Shown here: positions 27,538-38,100 of the stretch, one piece after another | Numbering within the stretch: the stretch's first letter is position 1 | Layout of the letters: the number at the start of each line of letters is the position of its first letter | Assembly: GCA_964503485.1 (NCBI GenBank) | Contig: CAZDBH010000003.1 | Location: forward strand, 678-64,677 | Length of the DNA stretch: 64,000 nt | From: an uncultured Bradymonadales bacterium | GTDB taxonomy: Bacteria; Myxococcota_A; Bradymonadia; JAFGEP01 | Direction: 5' to 3' | Made by a program: the position numbers and the translations under genes | The notes under the pieces: generated by a model | Seen by the model: the letters and a program-made list of their open reading frames with translations, nothing else | What the model was told of the DNA's origin: nothing | Database searches by the model: none

Positions 27538-28800
27538 GTGATGATCGTACAATGCCCAGGCTGCAACTCTCGCTACCGAGTTAGGGAAGAAAAACTGCCC
27601 TCAGGAGGCGGGAACATCGAGTGCCCGAGTTGTCACTCTATCTTCCCAGCTGCCCCTGCTAGCCGAGTCGCAGCGCCGAGAAACACCCTTCCCGGATCGG
27701 GCCCCAAGGCCACGGCCACCAATTCGCCTCCTCCGCTGCCCGAAGGCGCTGAGGCGGGTGCGACCGTTCTCATCGAACCAGGGCAAAGCGAAGGTTCGAC
27801 GACCTGGAAGATTCGGACTCCGGTCGGCCTTGTGTATGATTTTCCGAACTTGGCCGCCCTCAAGAACTGGCTGTCTACCCGTGACAGCGTCGCCGATATG
27901 GTGGCCAGCACCGACGAAGGCACCACCTGGCAAAACTTGACCGCTTTTGACCAGCTCAAGGGCTCGTTACCCAAAGGGGGTAGGGCCGCCAAGGGCGCCG
28001 AACCACCCGCTCTCTCCAAAAAGGAAGGGCTGGCAGAGGCCATGGACGCCGTTCTCAGCAATCGTAAGAGCACTGAGATGCCTGGGTTCCAGCCGCCTCC
28101 CAAAGCGGTTCAAAAGCGGCCAGACCCGAAGACTATGCTCGAAAAACCCCGTAGGGCGAGCGCACCAGCCCGTCCCGCCTCGAGGGGTCCCGGCCAAAAG
28201 AACCGGCCGGCCACAAAACCAACTTTCCAGAGAATTCGGACCGCTCCCGCTCAAGAAGGCGGGGGTTTCGGGGCCATGCTGGGCATCCTTATCTTCGGTG
28301 CCGTGGTCTTCGGATTCACAGCCCAACTGGCTGGAGTCGACGTACTCGGTAAGATTGGAATCACCAATTCCGACGCCCCAGAGGTTGGAGACGACCCAGC
28401 ACGCATTGCGCCGGCTCCGTCAGAAGCCCTGCCGCCGATCGATGAGGTCGAATGGGTCGTCGTAGATGACCCGTATGTTCCGAATCAGGTCAGTCCCCAG
28501 CGCCCGCTCGGCAACGCAACTGAGTCGATAGGACTTATCCAACAGGGTGTCAGTCCCACCGATGTGCGTGTTGCGGGTCTCATACAGGAGGCGCAGCGCG
28601 AGATTCAGCAGGAGAACTACGACACCGCCGCCCAACTGCTCGGAAGCGCCTCCCATCGCGCGCCGACAAACCCAGAACCCGTCTGCCTCCTGGCTGGCGT
28701 AAACCGGGCTCAGGGCCGAATCGTAGAGGCGCAGACTCTTGAAGAGCGCTGTACGGCGTTGCGCGCAGCTCAGTCGCAAACCGCTGCTCAACAGAACTAG
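27538..28800 (+). CDS. MJ0042-type zinc-ribbon protein with a DUF4339-like domain, a Pro-rich linker, a TM helix and a TPR-like tail.
   Basis: MMIVQCPGCNSRYRV...IECPSCHS forms the ribbon. WKIRTPVGLVYDFPNLAALKNWL...WQNLTAFDQLKGSL is the DUF4339-like segment. The TM helix is LGILIFGAVVFGF. Confidence 0.6.
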   Translation: MMIVQCPGCNSRYRVREEKLPSGGGNIECPSCHSIFPAAPASRVAAPRNTLPGSGPKATATNSPPPLPEGAEAGATVLIEPGQSEGSTTWKIRTPVGLVYDFPNLAALKNWLSTRDSVADMVASTDEGTTWQNLTAFDQLKGSLPKGGRAAKGAEPPALSKKEGLAEAMDAVLSNRKSTEMPGFQPPPKAVQKRPDPKTMLEKPRRASAPARPASRGPGQKNRPATKPTFQRIRTAPAQEGGGFGAMLGILIFGAVVFGFTAQLAGVDVLGKIGITNSDAPEVGDDPARIAPAPSEALPPIDEVEWVVVDDPYVPNQVSPQRPLGNATESIGLIQQGVSPTDVRVAGLIQEAQREIQQENYDTAAQLLGSASHRAPTNPEPVCLLAGVNRAQGRIVEAQTLEERCTALRAAQSQTAAQQN

Positions 28801-28815
28801 CTGGGAGACCAACGG

Positions 28816-29619
28816 TTGACCGAGGCCCCGCAAATCCGAATCGCCTGCCCGGAATGTGAGAGGAAGTACAAGATACCCGCCTCGTCGCTCACCGGGAAAC
28901 CGCGCACGCTCAAATGCTCGAGTTGTGGGCACACCTTTCCCCTGCGAGCCCCCAAGAGAGTCGGGCGAGAACCCTCGGGCTTCAGGGTGAAAGATCCAGA
29001 CGGACTCCAGGTCAGAAGCGTGCCCTCTCTCGATACGATTCGGCGACTGATTATCGAGGGCCAATTGTCGGGCGACCACCAACTGGCCAAGGCAGCAGAC
29101 GGACCTTGGCAGCGGCTCGGCGATATCGAGCAACTCAAAGCCTCGTTGCGAATGGCAAAGTCGGGCGAATCGAAGGCCGCTCAGCCTCAAGACAGTCCCC
29201 CTGAAAGTGAAGCGGGCGGAAAGGCGGTCGCAGAGGGCGAAAGTGAGCCAGTGCCGGTCCCTGCCGTCCTGTCAGAGCTGGCGGCGACTCCAGAGCCCGA
29301 AACAACCCCAATACCAGACAACAGCGACGAAGACCCCCAAACGGAACCTGTCGAAGAATGTGCCGGCAGTTCGGACGATGTGAGCTCGTCGGAAGCGGGC
29401 CTAAGTGATGTGACGGTCCCTACCGCGAAGGGTGGACAACCGGTCGAACCCGCGCCTCAGCCCCAAGCGGCACCTCAGCCCGAAGCCTCGCCCCCAAGCA
29501 CTCAACCACCGGCACAGGTGGCTAAGAAGGAGGGTGGCTCTCCCATCGCCATCCTGAGTATACTCGCTGCAGTCGCTGCGATTGTGGTCTTTCTGCTGTT
29601 CTATTTCGAGGTAATCTAA
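28816..29619 (+). CDS. MJ0042-type zinc-ribbon protein with a DUF4339-like domain and a C-terminal TM anchor (paralogue of 27538-28800).
   Basis: IRIACPECERKYKI...LKCSSCGH forms the ribbon. GFRVKDPDGLQVRSVPSLDTIRRLIIEGQL...WQRLGDIEQLKASL is the DUF4339-like segment. The TM helix is ILSILAAVAAIVVFLLFY. Confidence 0.6.
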   Translation: MTEAPQIRIACPECERKYKIPASSLTGKPRTLKCSSCGHTFPLRAPKRVGREPSGFRVKDPDGLQVRSVPSLDTIRRLIIEGQLSGDHQLAKAADGPWQRLGDIEQLKASLRMAKSGESKAAQPQDSPPESEAGGKAVAEGESEPVPVPAVLSELAATPEPETTPIPDNSDEDPQTEPVEECAGSSDDVSSSEAGLSDVTVPTAKGGQPVEPAPQPQAAPQPEASPPSTQPPAQVAKKEGGSPIAILSILAAVAAIVVFLLFYFEVI

Positions 29620-29636
29620 CGGCCTACCGCCGCCTT

Positions 29637-30917
29637 TCAGCCCTTGTAACCGTTGATTACGGCCACAATTTCTTCCTCTTCGAGGGTGTGATTCGAGGCT
29701 TTTGCGACCTCGAAGATTGCTGAGACCAACCCCTCTTCAGGCTCGTACCCTCGGGAGCGCAACCAATACACAACGTTCGATTCGCCGCTCATATGTCCGA
29801 CGTCGATCTCTTGTCGGCGACCAAACATCCCAGCGGGAACCCCCGAATAGATCCGGTCGGCCAACCACTGGTCGCCTTTCTTCTCGGCTTTGATGATTGC
29901 TGACGCATGGACTCCAGTCGCCGTGCGGAATGCGTCCCGACCGGCCAGAGGATAGTTGAACGGGATTGGGGTGTGATACGCCTCGCCTACCACTCGGCAG
30001 TAATCCAGAAGATGGGTCAGATCCCAGTCGACTTCACCGAGCAGTTTGAGGTTCAGCAGGATTTGGTCCATCGCCGCGTTGCCGACTCGCTCGCCAACGC
30101 CCAGCGCTGTTCCATGAATTCGGGTGGCACCTGCCTCGATAGCGCGTATGGCGTTGGTGACCGCAAGACCCCGATCGTTGTGGCCATGCCAATCAATGCC
30201 AACATCGACGTTCATCGCCCGGATGAGGCCTTTTGTGAACTCGATGAGGTGTCGTAGCCCGTCGGGAGTCGCATGGCCCACGGTGTCGCAAAGACAAAGC
30301 CTAGACGCGCCATGGTTGATCGCATTGCGAAAGAGTGCGTCGAGTGTGTCCGGCCGAGCACGCGTTGTGTCTTCTGTGACGAAGGTCACTGTGAGGCCGG
30401 CTTTGACGCCTAGCTCGATGGCCTCGCCGGACATCTTGAGCATCCGATCCAGGTCCCAGTTCTCGGCGTACTGCCGAATAGGGCTACTTCCGAGGAACGC
30501 CATCACCTCGATGGGACGACCGACCTTTTGGCTGATGTCGATTATGGGGTTGATGTCATTGGGGTGAGTTCGGGCTGCGCAACTCGGCTTGACCTTGAGG
30601 TCGTTTCTGTCGATCTCTCGAGCAAGCTCGAGCACGTCTTCATAGGCTCTTGGACCCGCACCGGGGAGGCCGATGTCTGCGCACTGAACTCCGATGTTCT
30701 CGATCAGATTGAGAATCTCGATCTTCTTGGCGATAGGAGGGTCAACCACACTTGGGGACTGGACGCCGTCTCGCAGGGTTTCATCGTAGAAGGTGATTTC
30801 CTGCGATGAGAGGCTGCCTCGTTTCTCGAGGCTATTCCAATCGAAAATTATCTCGTCCGCGTGCGGTTGAGTCATCTCGACCTCCAAATTGTCGTCGAAG
30901 TACGAAGCATCAGGCAA
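29637..30917 (-). CDS. HMGL-like / LeuA-family synthase (2-isopropylmalate, citramalate or homocitrate synthase type).
   Basis: TFYDETLRDGVQSP is the DRE-TIM motif. HGHNDRGLAVTNAIRAIEAGA is the His-x-His metal-binding site. 426 aa, with no LeuA regulatory C-domain. Confidence 0.65.
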   Translation of the reverse strand: MPDASYFDDNLEVEMTQPHADEIIFDWNSLEKRGSLSSQEITFYDETLRDGVQSPSVVDPPIAKKIEILNLIENIGVQCADIGLPGAGPRAYEDVLELAREIDRNDLKVKPSCAARTHPNDINPIIDISQKVGRPIEVMAFLGSSPIRQYAENWDLDRMLKMSGEAIELGVKAGLTVTFVTEDTTRARPDTLDALFRNAINHGASRLCLCDTVGHATPDGLRHLIEFTKGLIRAMNVDVGIDWHGHNDRGLAVTNAIRAIEAGATRIHGTALGVGERVGNAAMDQILLNLKLLGEVDWDLTHLLDYCRVVGEAYHTPIPFNYPLAGRDAFRTATGVHASAIIKAEKKGDQWLADRIYSGVPAGMFGRRQEIDVGHMSGESNVVYWLRSRGYEPEEGLVSAIFEVAKASNHTLEEEEIVAVINGYKG

Positions 30918-30918
30918 A

Positions 30919-32589
30919 CTAGCCTCGGCGTTTTTTCCGAACCCAGAAGCTGGCGAACACTAGCACAAAACTAGGGAACCAAGAACGACCGCCCCTGGCC
31001 CCCACCTGAACGCAACCCTCCTCGCCCAGACCGTCCTCTCCGACGACTGCGAACCGTGACAACCCAGACTCTTCGGTAGTCGGGGTGCGGATGGCGTCAG
31101 GGGTTCGCCTATTGTCTTGGGTCACGCTGTCTGGCGTGTCCTCCGTCACGTCGGCTTCGGTGTTCAGGTCGGGTGCACTGTCGACCGATGGACTGTCCGG
31201 AGAAGACAGAACGACACTCGTCCAGTTATCGCGTCCCTCGCGGATCTCTACCGAGGTCTCAACCGTTGTGAATCCAGTAGCCGACACGGTGAGATCGTAC
31301 TGTCCTTCGTTCAAGGCATCGAAAACAAAGAACCCGCTCGAGTTGGTCGTCGTCTCGACTCCGCCCTCGAGGGAAACCGAGGCGCCGGGCACGCCCAGTC
31401 CAGTTTCAATCGACTCGGCGCGAACGACCCCGAGTAAGCGGGTACTGACGACTGGGTTCACACTTCGTGTCTGAAGGTTCGGTTGGTAGTGGGAAAGAAT
31501 CTCGAGGTAAGAGTCTCCTCGGGCCGAACGCTCAGCTGTCCCCCACTGGCAGATGCCCCTGACGAGGCAGCGGCCTTCGTCTGGGAAGTCCGGATTCACC
31601 TGGTGCGCTGCACATTGGGAATGACCGCACCAACCACCAGTCGTACACGCTTCTCCGCCTGTGATGTCTGGAATCGTTTCGTCTTGGTATTCCGGCAGGG
31701 TGCCGTGCCTACCGCAGGCCGCGGCGTATTCGTATTTGTCGATGGTGAATTCGCTGTCCTCTTTCACCAGGAACGTACCCGCAGTATCTGCAGCGGCCTG
31801 AACAATCAACTCATGGTAGGGCCCCGACACGTAGCGCTGGTTGCAGGCCGTGTCGTCCAGGTGGTAGTCCGCTTCTGGATCGCGCGCCCAAAACCAAAGA
31901 GCATAGGCTCGAGCAGCGATCGCGAACGTCTTGAAGCCCTCGAGCTGTCCGTCGGCACCGGTCGTAAGACTCCTGAACACGCCAATTTCGGCGGTCACTA
32001 CCCCGGCGGCATAGGTTTCGAGGTCGACCTCTTCGATCCTCAAGATCGGGTTGCCGCTGCAGCTCCCGGCATCGCGGCGACCGACACGAATGGTATTGGG
32101 AATGAGTTCGGGTAGCTCCAGACGGAAGATATCATCACCTGAGGGTGCGTCCGGGTCGCGATCTCGGGCCCAACGCTCCAGCAGGTCAATCGCGCCGCCC
32201 GTAGTAGTAGTAGAGGGCCTCTCGCCCGGCACGCCGACGGCGCCCGGCACGGTCGGAGCCCCGCCGTCGTCGAGCACGAAGGTGCGCCGCGGGTTAGTCA
32301 AATCGACATCGGCACGATCCAACCATTGGCGGAGTGGCTCGTAGCTGCCATCGGAGACCGGAATGAACATCTCGAGGAGGAAGCGTCCCTCTGAGGGTAC
32401 GGCGATCACGTAAAAGCCTTCGTCGTCGGTGAGGGTGTCGACGTCGCCAATTCTGACGATCGCGTCCTCAACCGCTGTTTCCGAAAAGGCGTTGACGACG
32501 TAGCCCATTAACTCGGTCGGCGCAGGCTCAGCTGCAGCCGTTGCCCCAAAACACAGCACAGTCGCTACTATCGCAAAAACAGCCCTCAT
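30919..32589 (-). CDS. SpoIID/LytB-domain protein flanked by carboxypeptidase-regulatory-like domains, with a MYXO-CTERM-like sorting tail.
   Basis: Signal peptide, then GYVVN..T..AIVRI at the N-terminus and a second copy near the C-terminus. The SpoIID core is FKTFAIAARAYALWFWARD. The tail is EEGCVQVGARGG-SWFPSFVLVFASFWV-RKKRRG. Confidence 0.7.
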   Translation of the reverse strand: MRAVFAIVATVLCFGATAAAEPAPTELMGYVVNAFSETAVEDAIVRIGDVDTLTDDEGFYVIAVPSEGRFLLEMFIPVSDGSYEPLRQWLDRADVDLTNPRRTFVLDDGGAPTVPGAVGVPGERPSTTTTGGAIDLLERWARDRDPDAPSGDDIFRLELPELIPNTIRVGRRDAGSCSGNPILRIEEVDLETYAAGVVTAEIGVFRSLTTGADGQLEGFKTFAIAARAYALWFWARDPEADYHLDDTACNQRYVSGPYHELIVQAAADTAGTFLVKEDSEFTIDKYEYAAACGRHGTLPEYQDETIPDITGGEACTTGGWCGHSQCAAHQVNPDFPDEGRCLVRGICQWGTAERSARGDSYLEILSHYQPNLQTRSVNPVVSTRLLGVVRAESIETGLGVPGASVSLEGGVETTTNSSGFFVFDALNEGQYDLTVSATGFTTVETSVEIREGRDNWTSVVLSSPDSPSVDSAPDLNTEADVTEDTPDSVTQDNRRTPDAIRTPTTEESGLSRFAVVGEDGLGEEGCVQVGARGGRSWFPSFVLVFASFWVRKKRRG

Positions 32590-32594
32590 CCGGC

Positions 32595-34367
32595 TTAGTC
32601 TCCTCCGGTGTCGTTCTCCAACAAGATCAATGGAGCCAGAAACTGTGCTTCGGTCGCAGGTCCACCTTGTAGCACGCCGTACTCGTCAATCAAGCGTTGT
32701 TTCACAGTGGAGGCCCACGTCCGGGCGAGGTGCGCTGTCGCGGGCGAAGCGTTCGCACTGCCCGCCGTCGAGGCTTTGTCTAGCGCAGCGGCAAGGGCCT
32801 CGGACAGTCCTTCGGCTCCGATCTCGTCGCTCAGAATCCGCCCGATCTCGGACGGCTTCACCAAACGGAAGTTCTGGACCCCATCCAGTAGCAATACGAC
32901 TGTCTCAGTTGCCAACAGCGAATCGAAGCTGATCTGATCGATGTTTGGTACGGCGCCTGGTGGCCCCAACAGGAGGGCGACGAGCTCGTCTTTCCGGTGA
33001 TGGCGCAGATTGTAGGTCCAGAGTTCCTTGTACGCGACCAGTGTTAGCTGTTTGGCCGCGTGCTCGATTTGCTCGAGTGTTCGAAAACCCTGCTGGTACA
33101 TTTTCGATCGCATGGGCCTCATCTCGGTGAGGCCGGCCAACAGATCTGTGACATCCGCGCCACACAGGGAAGAGCTCAAGCCTTCGACCAGCGTGAGATT
33201 CTCCCGTTGTAGTAGGATCTTTGCCTGCCGGGCCAGCGAGATACTCAAGCTGTGCCCCACTCGCAGGACGCGCTTCAGCGGCCAAAGATTGAGCAGGCGA
33301 CCTGCGGTCTCAACCTCGCTGTTGGCGAGGTAGCGAAGGCCTACGTTGAGATAGTCGTGGACCCGCCGGAAGGAGTCCTTCAACGCTTCCCCATCTGACG
33401 GACTCTCCAAATTAGCCGACACGGTGATGTTCACTAGTGTACTGATTTGGGAAAACAGAGCGTCCGCCGTCAGGCCATCAGTCACGGTCTGAGTCGCGCT
33501 GTCGAGCGCCTCGCCCAGGAAAGTGGGATTCTCTCTGGTGACCTGCCGGAGTTCGTCGATAATCGGCACCGGCAGCTGTACTGCCGTCCTCGTCGAGAAC
33601 GCCAGAACGTCGGGCTCTTCGGCGTTGAGATCGCGGTCTGCGGCCTCTTTCTCGCCACTGGGATCGACGGGTGCGAAGACGGCTGTAGCCTCTTCCGTCG
33701 GCAGGAACCCGTATTGCTCTATTCGGCCCTTGCGAACCTGGTATGCCGTTTCCTCGAGTGGCGCGTTGAGTTCCCAGCGAGCCGCATGCAGGAACTGGCG
33801 GGCAGCGTCCTGATCTGCTTGATAGAGACGGTGTATGATCAGGCGGATGAGGGCTGCCACATCTGGATCTTCCGGCATCACCAGCGCGTACACACCATCG
33901 GGTGAGGACTGAATCGGAGCGTCAATTACCTGTATCAGCGCTTCGTCCTCTTCCGATCGCCAGAACAGTACATGGACGTGCTCACGAAGAAACCGGCCCA
34001 ACACTTCGGCGTCCAATTCGTGGCTTAGGTCGACGATTTTTTCGTCGTCACCCTGAAACAACAGGGACAGCCAATGTGCCAACCGTTTGTGGTCGAGCGC
34101 ACCCTTAGTCCAACACTCGAAATCGAGGAAGGCCTGTGACTGCTCTCCAGAGGCGAGGTTCACCAGCTCGAGAGCGCTCTCAATCCCAACTTCTCGTATC
34201 AAGCTGTACAGCGCGAAGGCGTCGAGTGCGTGTACTTGGTCCCTGGCATCGTCAGCCGTTATGAGTGCGTCTAGGCGGTCCTTGATCGGGACCTCGGCTA
34301 GTTTTCTAGCCACTGGATCAAAGGGAAGGATGTCGCCCACTGGATGTCTCCTTTGCCGCCGGCACAC
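32595..34367 (-). CDS. Conserved hypothetical cytoplasmic protein (590 aa, helical).
   Basis: Long ORF with genome-typical codon bias. No recognised catalytic motif. The start could be an internal Met. Confidence 0.45.
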   Translation of the reverse strand: MCRRQRRHPVGDILPFDPVARKLAEVPIKDRLDALITADDARDQVHALDAFALYSLIREVGIESALELVNLASGEQSQAFLDFECWTKGALDHKRLAHWLSLLFQGDDEKIVDLSHELDAEVLGRFLREHVHVLFWRSEEDEALIQVIDAPIQSSPDGVYALVMPEDPDVAALIRLIIHRLYQADQDAARQFLHAARWELNAPLEETAYQVRKGRIEQYGFLPTEEATAVFAPVDPSGEKEAADRDLNAEEPDVLAFSTRTAVQLPVPIIDELRQVTRENPTFLGEALDSATQTVTDGLTADALFSQISTLVNITVSANLESPSDGEALKDSFRRVHDYLNVGLRYLANSEVETAGRLLNLWPLKRVLRVGHSLSISLARQAKILLQRENLTLVEGLSSSLCGADVTDLLAGLTEMRPMRSKMYQQGFRTLEQIEHAAKQLTLVAYKELWTYNLRHHRKDELVALLLGPPGAVPNIDQISFDSLLATETVVLLLDGVQNFRLVKPSEIGRILSDEIGAEGLSEALAAALDKASTAGSANASPATAHLARTWASTVKQRLIDEYGVLQGGPATEAQFLAPLILLENDTGGD

Positions 34368-34577
34368 GGCGAGCGTAGAGGCTTCCTAAAGCAGGTTTAC
34401 CGGGTGCTGGCAACAGAATTCTCCACTGGGTGGCGAGTAGAGGAACCAGGTGGCAAATATACTAGCCAGTGGGGGTCCCGGCTGGGGCCGAACCACCCCA
34501 GACCCGAACTTAAGCAAGGCATTACAACGACTTACACCTGGAAGGCGAGGGCGTACCGGGTGGATACTCCAGTTGAT

Positions 34578-34617
34578 CTGTCACAACAGACCCCAGATTC
34601 TGAGGGTCTGTGACACA
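34578..34617. promoter_or_regulatory. Imperfect palindrome TGTCAC-N3-AGACCC [11 nt] GGGTCT-G-TGACA, a candidate operator or RNA stem-loop.
   Basis: ctgtcacaacagacccc agattctga gggtctgtgacac. Located about 210-250 bp upstream of the start of ORF 32595-34367. Confidence 0.4.
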
Positions 34618-35150
34618 AATTTCTGGATCTGCGCACGCCACCCAATCGAGGGCGGACACCGGTAACACTCGGAGAGATGAGAAAAACCGGATACAAAACA
34701 ACGATTTAACTATAAACGTGAAATAAAAACAGGACGAAAACCTGTTTTGGCACACAGCTTGTATATGTACTGGTCATTCGCTGGCGATACTGAAAGAGCG
34801 CTGGCACAAATGATTTTTTTTGAATGTTTTTGCTGAATGGCCATCTAACGATTATTGAATGGCTCGAATGATTCGAATGGCTTTTTTTAATGGAATGATT
34901 TTCTTTTTTGACTTCCGCCCTGGATCGTAGTGGTCTTTGGTTTGGATTTAGGTTTCCTGGCGATACACTCGGGCCCCGTCATTGCGTACGGTGTGCTAGT
35001 CGAGTAAACGCCCGGTCGTCGAAAGGCGATAGTCGGGTCGCTTCGGATTACCAGCATTGCGAAGGTAATCAATCGAAGAAGTCAGGGAAGGATCGCAAAC
35101 TGCGATGGGCGTTATCGGCATCCATGCATTTTAATGTACTATTGGGTTGC

Positions 35151-38100
35151 CTATAGATTGGCCCTCGTCAAACGACGAGGGCCTTTTTTCTTTCTTGTTA
35201 GGCCAACCGCAATCAGTCCCATCCAGATCAGGAATCCCCGCGGCGATTCGGCGGTAATCGAACAGGCACAGTCTGAAGGCGGGGTTGTTCGGTCGTCCGC
35301 TGGGGTGTAGCCACCGGTGTCGAAGGAGAAGAGGTCGTCTGCGTCGCCACCGATCGACACCGCGTCAGATTCGTCCTCGACATCAGCACCCATATCTTCG
35401 CCAACCCGATTTGCTATCGTAATCGTGTGGCTGGTCGGCTGGCTGTTCGCACTGCCATCGAATACCACCAAGATGTACGTGCGCTCACTCCCGTCGGGTA
35501 GGTCGGGAACCAAGACGGTGATGAACTCGGTAGAAGGATCGTCGATGGCGACCGCTTCCGGCTCGAGAGGCGTCCAGTAGTGGGTCAACTCACCATCGTC
35601 GGAGGTGGAGTCACGGCCGTCCAATACGATCAGCTCACCGGGGACACCGGTCTCAGGCCCGGTTATCACAGCGGTCGGTATCTGGGCGTTGTTGAAGCGC
35701 TGAACGTCGATTGCGGTCACCCGAGCGTCACTGTCCGACAGGAAATCGCTGACCACGAGTTCGAACTCGAGCGTCACCTGCTCGCCCGGCCCGATGTCAG
35801 GGGCCTCGAGTGTGACGACTGCTTGTTCGTCGTCGAAGGATCCGACCTCTGGACCAGAGACCTGCACCCACAGGAACGAGAGTTCGTCGCCATCTGGGTC
35901 GAAAGACCGTCTGCCGTCGAGTGTAATCAAAGATTGGTCTGCCACCTGCTGGTTGGGGCCTGGATCTGCGATTGGAGGGCTGTTGGGTGGACGGCAGAGT
36001 CCGTCTCGGCAGAAGCCGGCGGTAGGGCACTCGTCGTCGTCGTCACACTCGAATTCGCACACCCCGCCACTGCAATCGGCCTCACCACAGTCGGTTCGCG
36101 TTCCCCGGACACACAGGCCACCGATGTCGCAAATGGCTGGGGGATCGGCGAACCGTCCGCTGCACAGGCCGTCTCCACAGACGTGTCCCACCTCGACCGC
36201 TGCGACTACACAGCTCTCAGCCATTTCGTCGCATGATCCACGCTGACACTCGGCGTCGAGCGAGCTGCAGTCGACGGGTTCGTCACCGCTAGTGCACACG
36301 CCGCTCCTGCAGTGGTCTGCGCCGTTACAATAGGAGCCATCGTCGCAGTCCTCACCCTCGAACTCGTCGCTGTCAACTTCACACTCGTCCGTTGTGGTGT
36401 TGCAAACGCCCAGGTTGCACGTGTCGGTGAGGTGTTCGCAGGTGGGCGCAGAGCCGGGGCGACACACGCCTGAGCCGCAGATTTCGGCGCCATTGCAGAA
36501 GACGCCGTCACTACAGGACTCACCGTTCAAGATTGACGCGTCGCGTTCGCACTCATCCGTTCTGACGTTACACACCCCGACACTACACTGATCATCTAGA
36601 TCAGAGCAGTCGGTCTCGCCACTGCCTACGCAGAGCCCTCGCGCATCGCACGTGTCATTTCGGGTGCAAAAGGTCTCATCGTCACAGACCGCTCCAACCT
36701 CAGGTACCCAGCCCGTTTCATCCACACTCGGATCGCAGATTTTACACTCGCCCTCGGCGGGTCGTTCATCCTCCCGGTAGCACTCGCCGTCGACCACGCA
36801 TCCAACGCAGCAGATCGAGTCCACACAGCGACTAGAGGCGCACTGCCGATCGTCACTGCAGGTAAGCCCCTCCTCCAGCAGGATCGTCGTCGCGACCCCC
36901 GTGAGTTGTGTCCAACCCAGCAGGTTCACCGCATCGCCGACCGGTGTTCCCGACGAAGAGACCATCTGGGCGTTCCCGTGGTCCCCCACGACGATGAACT
37001 GACTCCCTGTCCAAGCAGCAGAACGTACCGTCGCGCCCTCGAGGGCGACGTTCACTGCGCTGGCCCGCGAACCGAACGCATCGAGAAGCTGAACACCACC
37101 GCCGTCGCCCACAGCCAAAGCGTTCGTTCCATTCCAAACTAGAGCGTGAGTGCATTCCCCTTCGAGTATTTCGGCATAGGCATCCAGTCGGCCGATTGGA
37201 ATGCCTGCGGCGCTGACGCGTTGAATCGCATCGCAGCCCGCAATCAGCCACTCTTCACCGTTCCATTCGACGGCCTGCACCGCTTCCCCATCGAAAACCG
37301 AGATGCTTGCCACTGCCAGCTCGCCGTATTCGTCCGCTCGCCGAATCGCACCCGTGCTTCCGAAAAGAAACTCTCGGCCGTTCCAGGCTGCAGAGCTGAT
37401 CGTCAGACCGTCAAACACGGATACCGGGTCACTTGTCGGTGTTCCCGTGTCGTCCAGAAACACGAACTGACCGTTGCTCGAAGCCAACAGCCAACCGGCT
37501 CCTCGAAACAGGAGAATCGGTGTGGCACCAACGTCCTCGGCGAGTTCGGTATCGGCCGGTTCCTTTACCAGGGGCCCCTCGAGGACCAGCTGACGTGTCC
37601 ACCGGTGGGACGCAGCGAGCCAAAGAGAGCCGTCCCAACTCACCGTAGTGCGCCTAGTCTGCTCTGAAAACACCGTGAGCGGTACTGGGGGCTCGTCGGC
37701 TACGCCCGCATCCGAGACCGTGCTCACTGCCCCAAACTCTCCAACCAGGAGCCACTCGACTCCGGTCCAGGTCGCGGCGTGTATCGAATGACCACCCAGT
37801 GCGCGACCGACTTCTGAGGTCGGAACGCCCGAGGTGCTGAGCAAGCGAAACTGACCGTAGTCGCCCACTGCCACGATCGACTCGGAACCGTCAAAGGCTA
37901 GATCATGGATCCATCCGTCCAACACCTCGACGGGGTCGTCGATTGAGCCCCCTTCGTGAAGGAGCTGAACGAAGCCCGTATCGCCTGCAATCAACCAATC
38001 GGTGCCGTTGTAGAGGATACTCGTGACGACCTCAAAGCTGGTTTCGACACAGGTGCCGACCTCATCGGAAGCATCTACAAAACAGACGCTTCCACCCTGG

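Noticed and set aside
34460-34520. tRNA-like 3' end (CCGGGACC-C-CCA) with a CTGGGG/CCCCAG hairpin on the minus strand.
   Set aside because: The loop is 8 nt and not a T-loop. No matching 5' acceptor strand, D-arm or anticodon arm could be found within 80 nt. It looks like a plain GC hairpin.
34908-35156. 82-aa plus-strand small protein gene in the AT-rich island.
   Set aside because: Kept only as part of the sRNA/terminator finding. Composition and codon usage are atypical for this genome and there is no RBS, so a protein-coding call is not supported.
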